Shown here: positions 29,787-40,106 of the stretch, piece after piece
Numbering within the stretch: the stretch's first letter is position 1
Layout of the letters: the number at the start of each line of letters is the position of its first letter
DNA from: Pseudomonadota bacterium
Lineage (GTDB): Bacteria > Pseudomonadota > Gammaproteobacteria > Ga0077536
NCBI GenBank assembly: GCA_036158955.1
Contig: JAYYFI010000014.1
Span: 3,837 to 67,836, forward strand
Reading direction: 5' to 3'
DNA: 64,000 nucleotides
The notes under the pieces: model-generated
The model's input: only the letters and a program-made list of their open reading frames with translations
Database searches by the model: none
What the model was told of the DNA's origin: nothing
Program-made: the position numbers and the translations under genes

Positions 29787-30800
29787 ATGAGAAAACGAAA
29801 ATTAGGAAACAGCAGCTTATTTGTAAGTGAGATTGCAATTGGTTCAATAAATTTCGGTGGTAAAGTAGACACAAGTTCAGCAATAAAAATTCTTGACAAT
29901 GCCTATGAAAAGGGGATTAATTTAGTGGATACTTCGGAAGTATATCCCACACCTTTTTCAAAATCGACCTATGGAAAAACGGAACAAATTGTCGGCAAAT
30001 GGATAAAAAATAAAAACAGAGACTCCATTGTAATTTCCACCAAAGCAGCAGGTCCAGGAGAATTTATAAATTGGATTCGTAATGGAAAATCACTTCATAA
30101 TCTTAAGAATCTCCGATCAGCAGTAGAAGGAAGTTTGAAGAGATTGGGCACGGATTATATCGATATTTTTTCGTTAAATTGGCCAGATAGAGGAATTAAT
30201 AGCTCTGATATATTTTTTGAAGAGAGCAAAAAACATAAAGGTTACTCGATTGAAGAAACTAGTGAAGCCCTGTTGACCTTGGTGAAAGAAGGGAAAATTC
30301 GTCATTTTGGGATTAGTAACGAAACTCCTTGGGGAATCTCGCAATATCTAAAATTTGGAGGCAAACATTTCATAGGAATACAGAATCCTTTTAACCTTCT
30401 TAATCGAGGGTTTGAAATTAGTCACGCGGAAATGATAGCTATGGAAAATCTCAGCCTCATTGCTTATTCACCTCTTGCCGGAGGATTATTAGTAAAAAAA
30501 TACAATAAATTTCCGAAAAAAATGTCAAAAAAAGATTCATTTTGGTTAAATCAATATCATAGCGATCAAAACTTGGCGCATATTACAAAACTTCAGCACA
30601 TTGCTGAAGAAAGCGATATTAAGATCCATGCTTTAGCTTTACAATTTGTGTTATCTTTTAATTGGGTTGCAAGCACTATCGTAGGATGTTCAACGGTAGA
30701 ACAATGCAAACAAAATCTAGTAAATATAAGTATAATTGACAAAGAAATTCTTAAAAAAATTAATAAATTACATAAACAAAGGATGCCACCTTGCAATTAA
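29787..30800 (+). CDS. aldo/keto reductase (Tas-like)
   Basis: AKR motifs GINLVDTSEVYP (catalytic Tyr) and VISTKAAG (Lys). 337 aa. Confidence 0.8.
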   Translation: MRKRKLGNSSLFVSEIAIGSINFGGKVDTSSAIKILDNAYEKGINLVDTSEVYPTPFSKSTYGKTEQIVGKWIKNKNRDSIVISTKAAGPGEFINWIRNGKSLHNLKNLRSAVEGSLKRLGTDYIDIFSLNWPDRGINSSDIFFEESKKHKGYSIEETSEALLTLVKEGKIRHFGISNETPWGISQYLKFGGKHFIGIQNPFNLLNRGFEISHAEMIAMENLSLIAYSPLAGGLLVKKYNKFPKKMSKKDSFWLNQYHSDQNLAHITKLQHIAEESDIKIHALALQFVLSFNWVASTIVGCSTVEQCKQNLVNISIIDKEILKKINKLHKQRMPPCN

Positions 30801-32185
30801 ACCACAAAAGTTCCGAGAATCTTGAAGTTTCAAGCCTTACTTCTATATCCCCTATAGACGGTCGGTATTTCCAAAAAAATCAGAGTTTAAGACCTCTACT
30901 AAGTGAATACGGACTGATTAAACACAGGTTAATTGTTGAAATAAAATGGCTTCAGCATCTTGCCAAAGATGAAAATATTATTGAAAACGTCAACGACACA
31001 GAAGTGAAAAATGAACTTAATTTAATTCTAAACAAGTTCAATGTTGAAGAGGCTAAAAAAATTAAAAATATTGAACGAACTACAAATCATGACGTTAAAG
31101 CAGTTGAATATTATTTGAGAGATATTCTACGAAAAAAACCGCATTTAAAAAATCTGTCAAATTATATTCACTTTGGATGTACTTCTGAGGACATCAATAA
31201 CCTTGCTTATGGATTAATCATTAACAAAGCAAGAAGTTCAATCGTCCTTCCCTGCCTTACTACACTTTTAGAAGAAATGAAAAAAATTTCCCATGAGTCA
31301 GCGGACATCGCAATGCTTTCAAGAACTCATGGGCAGGCGGCAACCCCGACCACCCTTGGAAAAGAAATTGCCAATTTCTGTTATAGACTAGAGGTGCAAA
31401 AACGGCATTGGGAAGATGTAGCAGTTTTGGGTAAGTTGAACGGAGCTGTAGGCAACTTTAATGCCTTCGTTGCTGCTTTTCCACAAATTGATTGGGAAAA
31501 AAAATGCAGACTATTCATTGAGGAACTTGGTTTATCTTATAACCAATATACTACTCAGATTGAGCCACATGATTGCATTGCCCGATACTCAAATGAGCTA
31601 AGTTTGATTAACTCGATATTAATTGATTTTTGCCAAGACATTTGGACCTATATTTCTCTAAATTATTTTGGACAAAAAATAAGAAAAGATGAAGTAGGCT
31701 CTTCCACTATGCCTCACAAAGTTAATCCAATAGATTTTGAAAATGCCGAGGGGAATAGCGGGGTCTCAATAAGTCTACTTAAGCATTTTGGTCAAAAACT
31801 CGTTATTTCTAGGCTACAACGAGATCTAAGCGACTCGACTGTAATGCGTAACCTAGGTGTAGCTATTGCCCATACTCATTTAGCTATTGTCTCAATTCAA
31901 TCCGGATTGAAAAAATTACAAATTAACCAAAAAGCTATAAGCGATGACTTAGCAGAAGAATGGCAACTTCTTTCTGAACCTATACAAACCGTACTTAGAA
32001 CACATGGAATTGATGATGCATATGAGAAACTCAAAGATCTCAGCAGAGGCAAAAATATAACTAAAGAGAAACTTTTCCGTTTCATTGATAGCCTAGATCT
32101 CCCGGCTGAAACAATCAGTCAGCTCAAAGCACTCACACCAAGCTCATACATTGGGTTAGCCGAAAAGCTTGCTAAAGAAATTTAA
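30791..32185 (+). CDS. purB: adenylosuccinate lyase
   Basis: SSLTSISPIDGRY N-terminus and fumarate-lyase signature GSSTMPHKVNP. TTG start is preceded by AGGA at 7-nt spacing and overlaps the AKR stop by 10 nt. Confidence 0.95.
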   Translation: MQLNHKSSENLEVSSLTSISPIDGRYFQKNQSLRPLLSEYGLIKHRLIVEIKWLQHLAKDENIIENVNDTEVKNELNLILNKFNVEEAKKIKNIERTTNHDVKAVEYYLRDILRKKPHLKNLSNYIHFGCTSEDINNLAYGLIINKARSSIVLPCLTTLLEEMKKISHESADIAMLSRTHGQAATPTTLGKEIANFCYRLEVQKRHWEDVAVLGKLNGAVGNFNAFVAAFPQIDWEKKCRLFIEELGLSYNQYTTQIEPHDCIARYSNELSLINSILIDFCQDIWTYISLNYFGQKIRKDEVGSSTMPHKVNPIDFENAEGNSGVSISLLKHFGQKLVISRLQRDLSDSTVMRNLGVAIAHTHLAIVSIQSGLKKLQINQKAISDDLAEEWQLLSEPIQTVLRTHGIDDAYEKLKDLSRGKNITKEKLFRFIDSLDLPAETISQLKALTPSSYIGLAEKLAKEI

Positions 32186-32193
32186 ATTTAAGA

Positions 32194-35100
32194 ATGCTTG
32201 TTCTTTTAAATAAAAAATTTTTTCACTCTGAACCTAATTCAAAGTCAACGGAATTTCATGAGTTATTTTTAATTTGGCAGAAGCCTTCTGCGACCTGTAC
32301 AGCCAAACAGATGCTCAAAATAACTCGAGCAAAAAAAATCCTTACACAAGACGAACTAAAATTATACAAATGTTTTGTTGGTCCTAGGACGGGAACCATT
32401 AGTCCCTGGTCTTCGAAAGCCACTGAGATATGCAAAAACAGCGGTTTCCATGATTGCGAGAAACTAGAGAGGGTTTTTGCTTCGAAATTTGACCCAGACA
32501 AAATTAAACAACTTAATAATTTTGACAAGATGGTGAATGATTGTTTTTTAAATATTCAGGAATTAGAGCGGTCTGTAAAACCTAAAGTTACGAATACAAA
32601 AGCTCAGAAAAAACTTAAATTATTTGCCCCAGAGGATATCCCTCATTTGAACAAACAACTTGGACTTGCGCTTTCTACGGCAGAACTAAACTCTATAATA
32701 GATTATCTTAAGAAAAAAAATCGTAACATCTCTGATGCTGAGCTGATGATGTTTTCACAGATAAATTCCGAGCATTGTAGACACAAAATATTTAATGCAC
32801 GTTGGAAAATCGATGGAATAATTAAGTCCAAATCACTTTTCCAAATGATTCAGAACACAATGAAAAAGAATCCTAACCAGGTTCTATCTGCGTATAAAGA
32901 TAATGCTGCTGTAATAAAAAACAACACATCACCTCAACTAAGAGTAAATCCTGAGACAAAGATATATTATTATGAGGAGCAAGAACACAATGATGTTCTG
33001 AAAGTTGAAACTCATAATCACCCTACTGCGATATCACCTTTTCCTGGTGCCGCAACCGGTTCGGGAGGTGAAATCAGAGATGAAAGCGCAACCGGCCTGG
33101 GAGCTCGAAGTAAAGCCGGTATTGTCGGTTTTTCAGTTTCAAACCTTCACATACCGGCGCTACCAAGAACTTGGGAATACGACCGCTCGACCAATCCAAA
33201 GTTCAGTAGTGCGCTCAAAATAATATTAGAAGCTCCGATTGGCTCAGCAGCCTATAACAACGAATTCGGACGACCGTCCTTAAATGGGTTTTTCCGGAGT
33301 TATGAAGCGCTTTCCTTAGACAGAAAAAATTACTATAGCTATGACAAGCCAATAATGCTGGCAGGTGGTATTGGAACGATAACAATGACTAATTCTCTTA
33401 AACACAAAGTAGAACCTGACATGCTAATCGTTGTGCTAGGCGGCCCTTCCATGCTAATTGGCCTCGGAGGTGGCTCTGCGTCTTCTTTAACATCAGGAAC
33501 ACAAGGGGATGACTTAGACTTTTCGTCAGTTCAGCGCGGAAATGCCGAAATGCAACGTCGTGCCCAAGAGGTCTTGAACACAATATCCGGATTCAAAAAA
33601 AACATAATAGAAAGTATCCATGATGTTGGTGCAGGAGGGCTGTCAAACGCAGTACCGGAAATTATAAATGATTCAAATCTAGGAGGTATTATTAATCTAA
33701 ACGATATACCATCAGCTGATCCTGCCCTTTCTCCAATGGAGCTTTGGTGCAACGAGTCCCAAGAAAGATACGTATTAATTATAAAAAAAGAAAATTTAAA
33801 AATTTTTAAAAACATTTGCAAACGAGAGCGAGCACCTTTTGCAGTAATAGGCAAAACCAATATAGAAAAAAAATTAAAGGTTATCGATTCACAACATAAA
33901 GAAACAATAATTGACTTACCATTAGACGTTATATTTAGAAAAGAAATCATCGAAATTTCTTGCTCAAAGGCCAATAAGAAAACGTTACCGAACGCCAACA
34001 AATCAGATAAAAAAATTGAGCAAAACCTCCTTTTAGTTTTAGGGCATCCTACAGTGGCCGATAAAAGGTTTCTTATAACTATTGGTGACAGAAGCGTTGG
34101 AGGATTAACCACCACAGACCAGATGGCTGGCCCTTGGCAAGTGCCGATTTCTAATTGCGCGGTTATTGCAAATAGTTTTTCCGAAAATCATGGGACAGCG
34201 GTAGCTTTAGGTGAACGTGGTCCTGTGGCGTGTATTGACGGCCCAGGTTCAGCTCGGATTGTACTCGCCGAAACAATAACAAATTTGTTAGCAGCCGATA
34301 TTGAAAGACTCACGGATATTACAATTTCAGCTAATTGGATGTGTGCGTCTGACGAAAAAACAGAACTACCTGAACTATATTCTATGGTTGAGGCAATAGG
34401 CTTAAGCTTATGTCCTAAACTAGGAATAAACATTCCAGTTGGCAAGGACAGTATGTCAATGAAAGCAGTGTGGGAGAAAGAAGGAGGTATCGGTGTTCAT
34501 AAAACAATTTCTCCGACTACACTTATTTGTACGGGCACTTCAAAGGTTAAAGATACTAGAAAGACACTATCGCCATACCTTACAAGACAAAAAGACACAA
34601 TACTTTTACTTATTGACCTAGGGTTATCAAAAAATCGATTAGGTGGGTCAATTCTTGATCAAGTTACCGCGGAATCCTTCGGAGAAGCGCCTGACGTTGA
34701 TAAGATAGAGAGTCTTATCGAATTATTTAATGTAGTGAAAATGCTTCGTTCTCAAGACTTAATATTAGCTTATCATGACAGATCGGATGGCGGATTATTC
34801 ACCACTGTTGCTGAGATGGCATTTGGAGGAAGAACTGGGGTCTCTCTTGAAATACCTGACAAATTTTCCATCACCTCTTTTTTGATGAACGAAGAAATAG
34901 GAGTAGTGATACAAGTAGAAAAAGCAAAAATGGAACAAATCACCAATATATTAAACTCTCAGAAAATCATACGGAATCATTTTTATATTATCGGATCAGT
35001 ACGTAATGATAAAAAAATTGCAATTAGACACGAGAAAAAAAACCTAACATTTCAACTGCAAGATTTACTTAAAGTCTATTCTGAAACAACGATATCTATT

Positions 35101-35979
35101 CAAAAAATAAGAGACAACTCAGTTACCGCGGAAGAAGAATTAGAAAATATTTTAGACATAAATAATCCTGGACTTTTTTTTGACCGCCCTCCTCCTTTGT
35201 CAAAATTTAGCATAACATCCAAAAAAAGACCCAAGCTTGGGATCCTCAGAGAGCAAGGGGTAAACGGACAGAATGAAATGGCTGCTGCTTTCACGATGGC
35301 TGGTTTTGATTGTATAGATATTCATATGCAGGATCTTATGGATCAAATAGATTTATTAAAAAAATTAAATGGCTTGGCACTGGTTGGGGGATTCTCTTAC
35401 GGTGATGTTTTAGGAGCTGGAAGTGGTTGGGCTAATACAATTTTATTTAATAATAAGTTAAAAGATAGTTTTTCGGCTTACTTTGAGAATGCTAACAACT
35501 TTACTTTTGGCGTCTGCAATGGATGTCAAACCCTTTCACAGTTGAAATGCTTGATTCCGGGGGCAAATGGGTGGCCTACTTTTGAAAAAAATAAGTCTAA
35601 TCAGTTTGAGAGCAGATTAACAATGATTGAAATAATTGATAGCCCATCAATATTACTACAGAATTTAGCTGGGGTTCGCTTGCCAATTGTGATCGCTCAT
35701 GGCGAAGGTAGAGTAACAAAGTTGACGGAGAAAACTTATGCTTGTATGAGGTATATTGATAATTATGGTAGTCCGGCTGAAAAATATCCGGCTAATCCTA
35801 ATGGTTCAATCGATGGTCTCACCGCGTTTACTACAAACGATGGAAGAGCAACAATTATGATGCCTCATCCCGAAAGAGTTTTTCTAAACAAACAATTTTC
35901 ATGGCATCCTGACAAGAATTTGGAAATTGAAAGTACTTGGATACAAATATTTTATAACGCTAGAAGATGGCTAGACTAA
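32194..35979 (+). CDS. purL: phosphoribosylformylglycinamidine synthase (single-chain large PurL)
   Basis: VETHNHPTAISPFPGAATGSGGEIRD, and a C-terminal glutaminase domain with GVCNGCQ and MPHPER. 1261 aa. Confidence 0.95.
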   Translation: MLVLLNKKFFHSEPNSKSTEFHELFLIWQKPSATCTAKQMLKITRAKKILTQDELKLYKCFVGPRTGTISPWSSKATEICKNSGFHDCEKLERVFASKFDPDKIKQLNNFDKMVNDCFLNIQELERSVKPKVTNTKAQKKLKLFAPEDIPHLNKQLGLALSTAELNSIIDYLKKKNRNISDAELMMFSQINSEHCRHKIFNARWKIDGIIKSKSLFQMIQNTMKKNPNQVLSAYKDNAAVIKNNTSPQLRVNPETKIYYYEEQEHNDVLKVETHNHPTAISPFPGAATGSGGEIRDESATGLGARSKAGIVGFSVSNLHIPALPRTWEYDRSTNPKFSSALKIILEAPIGSAAYNNEFGRPSLNGFFRSYEALSLDRKNYYSYDKPIMLAGGIGTITMTNSLKHKVEPDMLIVVLGGPSMLIGLGGGSASSLTSGTQGDDLDFSSVQRGNAEMQRRAQEVLNTISGFKKNIIESIHDVGAGGLSNAVPEIINDSNLGGIINLNDIPSADPALSPMELWCNESQERYVLIIKKENLKIFKNICKRERAPFAVIGKTNIEKKLKVIDSQHKETIIDLPLDVIFRKEIIEISCSKANKKTLPNANKSDKKIEQNLLLVLGHPTVADKRFLITIGDRSVGGLTTTDQMAGPWQVPISNCAVIANSFSENHGTAVALGERGPVACIDGPGSARIVLAETITNLLAADIERLTDITISANWMCASDEKTELPELYSMVEAIGLSLCPKLGINIPVGKDSMSMKAVWEKEGGIGVHKTISPTTLICTGTSKVKDTRKTLSPYLTRQKDTILLLIDLGLSKNRLGGSILDQVTAESFGEAPDVDKIESLIELFNVVKMLRSQDLILAYHDRSDGGLFTTVAEMAFGGRTGVSLEIPDKFSITSFLMNEEIGVVIQVEKAKMEQITNILNSQKIIRNHFYIIGSVRNDKKIAIRHEKKNLTFQLQDLLKVYSETTISIQKIRDNSVTAEEELENILDINNPGLFFDRPPPLSKFSITSKKRPKLGILREQGVNGQNEMAAAFTMAGFDCIDIHMQDLMDQIDLLKKLNGLALVGGFSYGDVLGAGSGWANTILFNNKLKDSFSAYFENANNFTFGVCNGCQTLSQLKCLIPGANGWPTFEKNKSNQFESRLTMIEIIDSPSILLQNLAGVRLPIVIAHGEGRVTKLTEKTYACMRYIDNYGSPAEKYPANPNGSIDGLTAFTTNDGRATIMMPHPERVFLNKQFSWHPDKNLEIESTWIQIFYNARRWLD

Positions 35980-35997
35980 TTTCTGAAGGCACTTTCT

Positions 35998-36495
35998 ATG
36001 AAAAACAAGGAAGGGACATTTGAAGAGGAGCTCATTAAATTTGAAAAGAGGGATCATCTAAGTAAACCTCATACCGTTATAGCTACTAATTCTGAAAGGG
36101 AAAACTATGATTTTCAAATTAGTATCGACAGTATTGATACCAAACAAATTAAAGAATCAAAATTTGATCATGGACTTCAACATTCAGTAATTAGAAAGTT
36201 TAGAAGAGGCAGTATACCTGTTTTTAAAGAAATTGATATGCATGGGCTTAAATTTCATGAAGCAATAAGAGTTCTCAATGAATCAATCAATCATATAATT
36301 GAGACGAAAACCGTATGTGTTTTATTTATCCATGGGAAGGGACTGGGCTCAATAAATCAAACACCCATCATCAAACCTTTAGTCAAACAATTTTTATCGT
36401 GCCATCCGCGCATCTTGGCATATACACCTGCCCCAAAAAAGTTAGGAGGAGAAGGAGCTACTCTGGCATTAATAAGAAGGATTAGGCGAGGATAA
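35998..36495 (+). CDS. Smr-domain protein
   Basis: C-terminal Smr domain IDMHGLKFHEAIRVL...FIHGKGLGS. 165 aa. Confidence 0.7.
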   Translation: MKNKEGTFEEELIKFEKRDHLSKPHTVIATNSERENYDFQISIDSIDTKQIKESKFDHGLQHSVIRKFRRGSIPVFKEIDMHGLKFHEAIRVLNESINHIIETKTVCVLFIHGKGLGSINQTPIIKPLVKQFLSCHPRILAYTPAPKKLGGEGATLALIRRIRRG

Positions 36496-36496
36496 T

Positions 36497-36973
36497 TCAA
36501 CTAGCTTCATTTAATGAGCAGATTGCAAGAGCGGCAATACCCTCACCTCGACCAATAAACCCCATGGTTTCGTTTGTCGTGCCTTTTATATTTACAAGTG
36601 AAAATGGGATGCCCAGGTCAAAGGCAATAGTCTTCCTTATATTATTAAAATGTGGACTTATTTTGGGATGCTCGGCGACGATAGTAGCGTCAATATTGTG
36701 GACAAAAAATTTATTATGAACAATTAATTCATTAGTTTTTTTTAACAGTTGACGACTGTCAGCATTCTTAAATGAGCTGTCTTGATCGGAAAAATGGGTG
36801 CCTATGTCACCTAAACCAGAGGCTCCCAACATCGCATCAATGATGGCATGTAATAGAACGTCACCATCACTATGGGCCTCGATACCCTTTGAATGAGAAA
36901 TTTTTACTCCACCAATCATCACATGATTGCCTTCATTAAATCTATGTGTATCGTAACCAATACCGAATCTCAT
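36497..36973 (-). CDS. ispF: 2-C-methyl-D-erythritol 2,4-cyclodiphosphate synthase
   Basis: GIGYDTHRF and HSDGDVLLHA motifs. Confidence 0.95.
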   Translation of the reverse strand: MRFGIGYDTHRFNEGNHVMIGGVKISHSKGIEAHSDGDVLLHAIIDAMLGASGLGDIGTHFSDQDSSFKNADSRQLLKKTNELIVHNKFFVHNIDATIVAEHPKISPHFNNIRKTIAFDLGIPFSLVNIKGTTNETMGFIGRGEGIAALAICSLNEAS

Positions 36974-37701
36974 GAAAAATCCTTATTCTTTAAACTAGAA
37001 AAAAAAAGTTCAGCTTTTTTAATGTCTTCTGGATAGGTAATTTTTATATTCTCTGAAGATCCGCGGACAATACGGATAGATTGCCCCATCTTTTCAAGAG
37101 CTTGGGATTCATCAGATACTAGGATACCATTTTTTAAAACTGACCTAATAGATTCAAATAATACACCATATCGGAACATTTGAGGGGTAAAAGCTTTCCA
37201 TAAATTTGCCCGTTCTATTGTTTCTTCAATTTGACTTTGATCGTTGATTTTTTTCAATGTATCAGTAACGGGTGTCGCAAGGATTCCTCCTGTATTTGAA
37301 TTTTTAAGCCTGTCTATGAGTTCTAAAATATCTTTTGTTTGAACGCACGGTCTGGCAGCATCATGAACTAGACACCAGTCATCAGCCCTCGACTGTGAAT
37401 CCAGAAATTTTAACCCCTCAAAAACAGATTCACATCTCGTACTACCCCCTGCTACCAGCTCTATTTGCTTAAACTTTTCCTTCAAAAAGTAACATTTTTC
37501 CATATCAGATTTTGGAACCACAACAACTAATTTTTTAAAATTAACACTGTTCAGTAACGTGCCTACAGAAATTTCTAATATTGATCGCTTGTTAATCTCT
37601 AAGTATTGCTTCGGAGTCTCTGAGTTTAACCGGGCTCCCGAACCTCCAGCAGCAACAATACCGAAATAATTAGCGGCTAATTTTTGATTTGCTGGTTTCA
37701 A
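36970..37701 (-). CDS. ispD: 2-C-methyl-D-erythritol 4-phosphate cytidylyltransferase
   Basis: GIVAAGGSGARL nucleotide-binding loop. TTG at 37701 is preceded at 6-nt spacing by AGGAGG (plus-strand CCTCCT, 37708-37713). The track ATG at 37728 has no comparable RBS. Confidence 0.85.
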   Translation of the reverse strand: MKPANQKLAANYFGIVAAGGSGARLNSETPKQYLEINKRSILEISVGTLLNSVNFKKLVVVVPKSDMEKCYFLKEKFKQIELVAGGSTRCESVFEGLKFLDSQSRADDWCLVHDAARPCVQTKDILELIDRLKNSNTGGILATPVTDTLKKINDQSQIEETIERANLWKAFTPQMFRYGVLFESIRSVLKNGILVSDESQALEKMGQSIRIVRGSSENIKITYPEDIKKAELFFSSLKNKDFS

Positions 37702-37975
37702 GGACTTCCTCCTTAAAAAAAACTTCATTTTCTTGTATCAAACCAAGTTTCTGTCTAGCTTCATGCTCAACGGCCTCAAAGTCTTCAATTAGGCTAGTGA
37801 CGTTATCTTGTAGCTTTCGATTTGCCGTCTGAAGGCCAATCATAACTATCTGTAGCTCCTCTTTCTCTTTCTTGAGTCTATTCAGTTGGCTATATCCATT
37901 TTTACCAAGAAAGCATGAGTACAGCAAAAATATAATAGAGATAGAAAGAAAAAAGATAATAAGATTAAGTTTCAT
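37670..37975 (-). CDS. ftsB: cell division protein FtsB
   Basis: Single N-terminal TM, then the LGKNG motif and a coiled coil. ATG at 37975 places LGKNG at the same distance from the N-terminus as in E. coli FtsB. The track GTG at 38014 is the alternative. Confidence 0.8.
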   Translation of the reverse strand: MKLNLIIFFLSISIIFLLYSCFLGKNGYSQLNRLKKEKEELQIVMIGLQTANRKLQDNVTSLIEDFEAVEHEARQKLGLIQENEVFFKEEVLETSKSKISR

Positions 37976-39251
37976 TTTTAAAAATTCTAGACCCACTAAA
38001 AACGCAATTTTCACCTAGCATATGCTCAATCACTAGAAGCCTGTTGTATTTTGATAATCGATCCGATCTTGACATGGAACCAGCCTTGATTTGAGTTACC
38101 GCTGAGGAGCACGCTAAATCCGATATTGTGTTATCCTCTGTCTCGCCCGACCTATGAGAAACGACCACCTCAAAATTGTTCGCTTTTGCTAATTCAATTG
38201 CTGACAAAGTTTCTGAAAGCGTTCCTATTTGATTAACCTTAATTAAAATAGAGTTTGCCGATTTTTCAGAGATGCCTTTTTGCAAAAATTCTACGTTAGT
38301 AACAAACAAATCATCGCCGACTAGTTGGGTATGGTTCCCTAATATAGAAGTTAACTTCTGCCATCCGGCCCAATCATTTTGATCCATGCCATCTTCTATA
38401 GATACGATCGGATAGTTTTTTACCATTTCTGATAAAAACTGACACATTTCTTCAGAATTTAATTTTAATCCTTCTGAATCAAGATGATAAAAATCATCTT
38501 TATAAAATTCAGAACTAGCAACGTCTAAAGCAATAGAAATATCTTTACCCGGAGTGTAACCTGCGCTCTCGATCGAATCTAAAATTAAACTTAAAGCCTG
38601 CTCATTACTGTCTAGGTTCGGAGCAAAACCACCTTCATCTCCTACTGCTGAGCTCATCCCCATTTTTTCAATCAGTAACTTAAGTTTCTGAAAAACTTCA
38701 GCCCCGTAGCGTATTGACTCAGAAAAGCAACTTGCCCCATGCGGCACAATCATAAATTCTTGAAAATCTATATTATTGTTTGCATGCTGACCCCCATTAA
38801 TTACATTCATCAGAGGAACGGGTAGAGAAAAACCCTCGCTACCCTTGTTTAAATTCTTAAACAAGGCAGTTTTATTTGCATTTGCAGAAGCATGTGCAAC
38901 AGCAAGTGAGACTGAAAGAATAGCGTTTGCCCCAAGATTTTTTTTATTCGGAGTACCATCCAGATCTATCATTAATTGATCGATATAGTTCTGTCTATGT
39001 ACTTCTATTCCTTTTAAAGCAGTTGCAATCTTTTGTTTCACATTGCCCACCGCTTTTAACACACCTTTACCGTGATATCTTTTCCTATCATTATCCCTCA
39101 ACTCAAATGCTTCTCGTTCTCCAGTGCTGGCACCCGAGGGCACCATAGCAACTCCAATGATTCCGCTATCTAAAAAAACCGTTGTCCTAATAGTTGGGAA
39201 TCCTCTTGAATCTAAAATTTCAAGCGCATCGATATCAATTATTTTATCCAT
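37965..39251 (-). CDS. eno: enolase
   Basis: SHRSGETED signature. 428 aa. Confidence 0.95.
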   Translation of the reverse strand: MDKIIDIDALEILDSRGFPTIRTTVFLDSGIIGVAMVPSGASTGEREAFELRDNDRKRYHGKGVLKAVGNVKQKIATALKGIEVHRQNYIDQLMIDLDGTPNKKNLGANAILSVSLAVAHASANANKTALFKNLNKGSEGFSLPVPLMNVINGGQHANNNIDFQEFMIVPHGASCFSESIRYGAEVFQKLKLLIEKMGMSSAVGDEGGFAPNLDSNEQALSLILDSIESAGYTPGKDISIALDVASSEFYKDDFYHLDSEGLKLNSEEMCQFLSEMVKNYPIVSIEDGMDQNDWAGWQKLTSILGNHTQLVGDDLFVTNVEFLQKGISEKSANSILIKVNQIGTLSETLSAIELAKANNFEVVVSHRSGETEDNTISDLACSSAVTQIKAGSMSRSDRLSKYNRLLVIEHMLGENCVFSGSRIFKNET

Positions 39252-39281
39252 ATGATAGTTGTTTTACCTCGATTAATAATT

Positions 39282-40106
39282 TTATGAATTGTTTGCTTCG
39301 TCGATTTTTTTTAATGAAATTAACAAAGACTCCATCTGGTCTAAAAACCAAGAATTTGGACCGTCACTCAAAGCCTTATCTGGTTCAGGGTGCGTCTCTA
39401 TAAAGAGCCCATCAACTCCAACCGCAACCGCAGCTTTCGCTAAATACGGAACAAAATTTCTTTGTCCATCCGATGAACTTCCCTTTCCACCAGGTAGTTG
39501 GACTGAATGTGTCGCATCAAAAACGACTGGGCATTTCGTATCCCGCATAATTACTAAACTCCTCATATCTGAAACAAGGTAATTGTAGCCAAAACAAGCG
39601 CCCCGCTCGCATACCATAATGTGTTGATTACCAGTTGATGAAGCCTTTTCAACAACATTTACCATATCCCAAGGAGCAAGAAATTGACCTTTTTTTAAGT
39701 TAAGCGGCTTGCCTGCCGAGGCTACTTTTAAAATAAAGTCAGTTTGTCTGCATAAAAAAGCAGGTGTTTGCAACACATCAACTACTGAGGCTACCTCATC
39801 AATTGGCGTATCTTCGTGTACATCGGTTATTACAGGTATATTGTAAGTTTGTCTGACACTCTCCAAAATTTGCAATCCTTTCTCGATTCCAACTCCCCTG
39901 AAACTTTGTGATGAACTCCTATTAGCTTTATCAAATGAAGCTTTGAATATGAAGTCAATTTTTAAGGCAGATGTTATTTCAACAAGTCTTTCTGCTGTCT
40001 TAGCAACTAAACTTTCATCCTCGATTACACACGGGCCCGATATTAAGAAGAACCCATTCCTTTTACGTCTCTCTTGATTGAAAAACTTAGTGATCATTTC
40101 AGTCAT
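39282..40106 (-). CDS. kdsA: 3-deoxy-8-phosphooctulonate synthase
   Basis: GPCVIE and [11 protein letters not shown] motifs. 274 aa. Confidence 0.9.
   Translation of the reverse strand: MTEMITKFFNQERRKRNGFFLISGPCVIEDESLVAKTAERLVEITSALKIDFIFKASFDKANRSSSQSFRGVGIEKGLQILESVRQTYNIPVITDVHEDTPIDEVASVVDVLQTPAFLCRQTDFILKVASAGKPLNLKKGQFLAPWDMVNVVEKASSTGNQHIMVCERGACFGYNYLVSDMRSLVIMRDTKCPVVFDATHSVQLPGGKGSSSDGQRNFVPYLAKAAVAVGVDGLFIETHPEPDKALSDGPNSWFLDQMESLLISLKKIDEANNS

Noticed and set aside
33531-34115. 194-aa minus-strand ORF inside purL
   Set aside because: It lies entirely antisense to a highly conserved part of purL. Its translation is low-complexity (S/F/L/I/P-rich) with no motif. There is no upstream intergenic space or RBS. 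I treat it as a shadow ORF.
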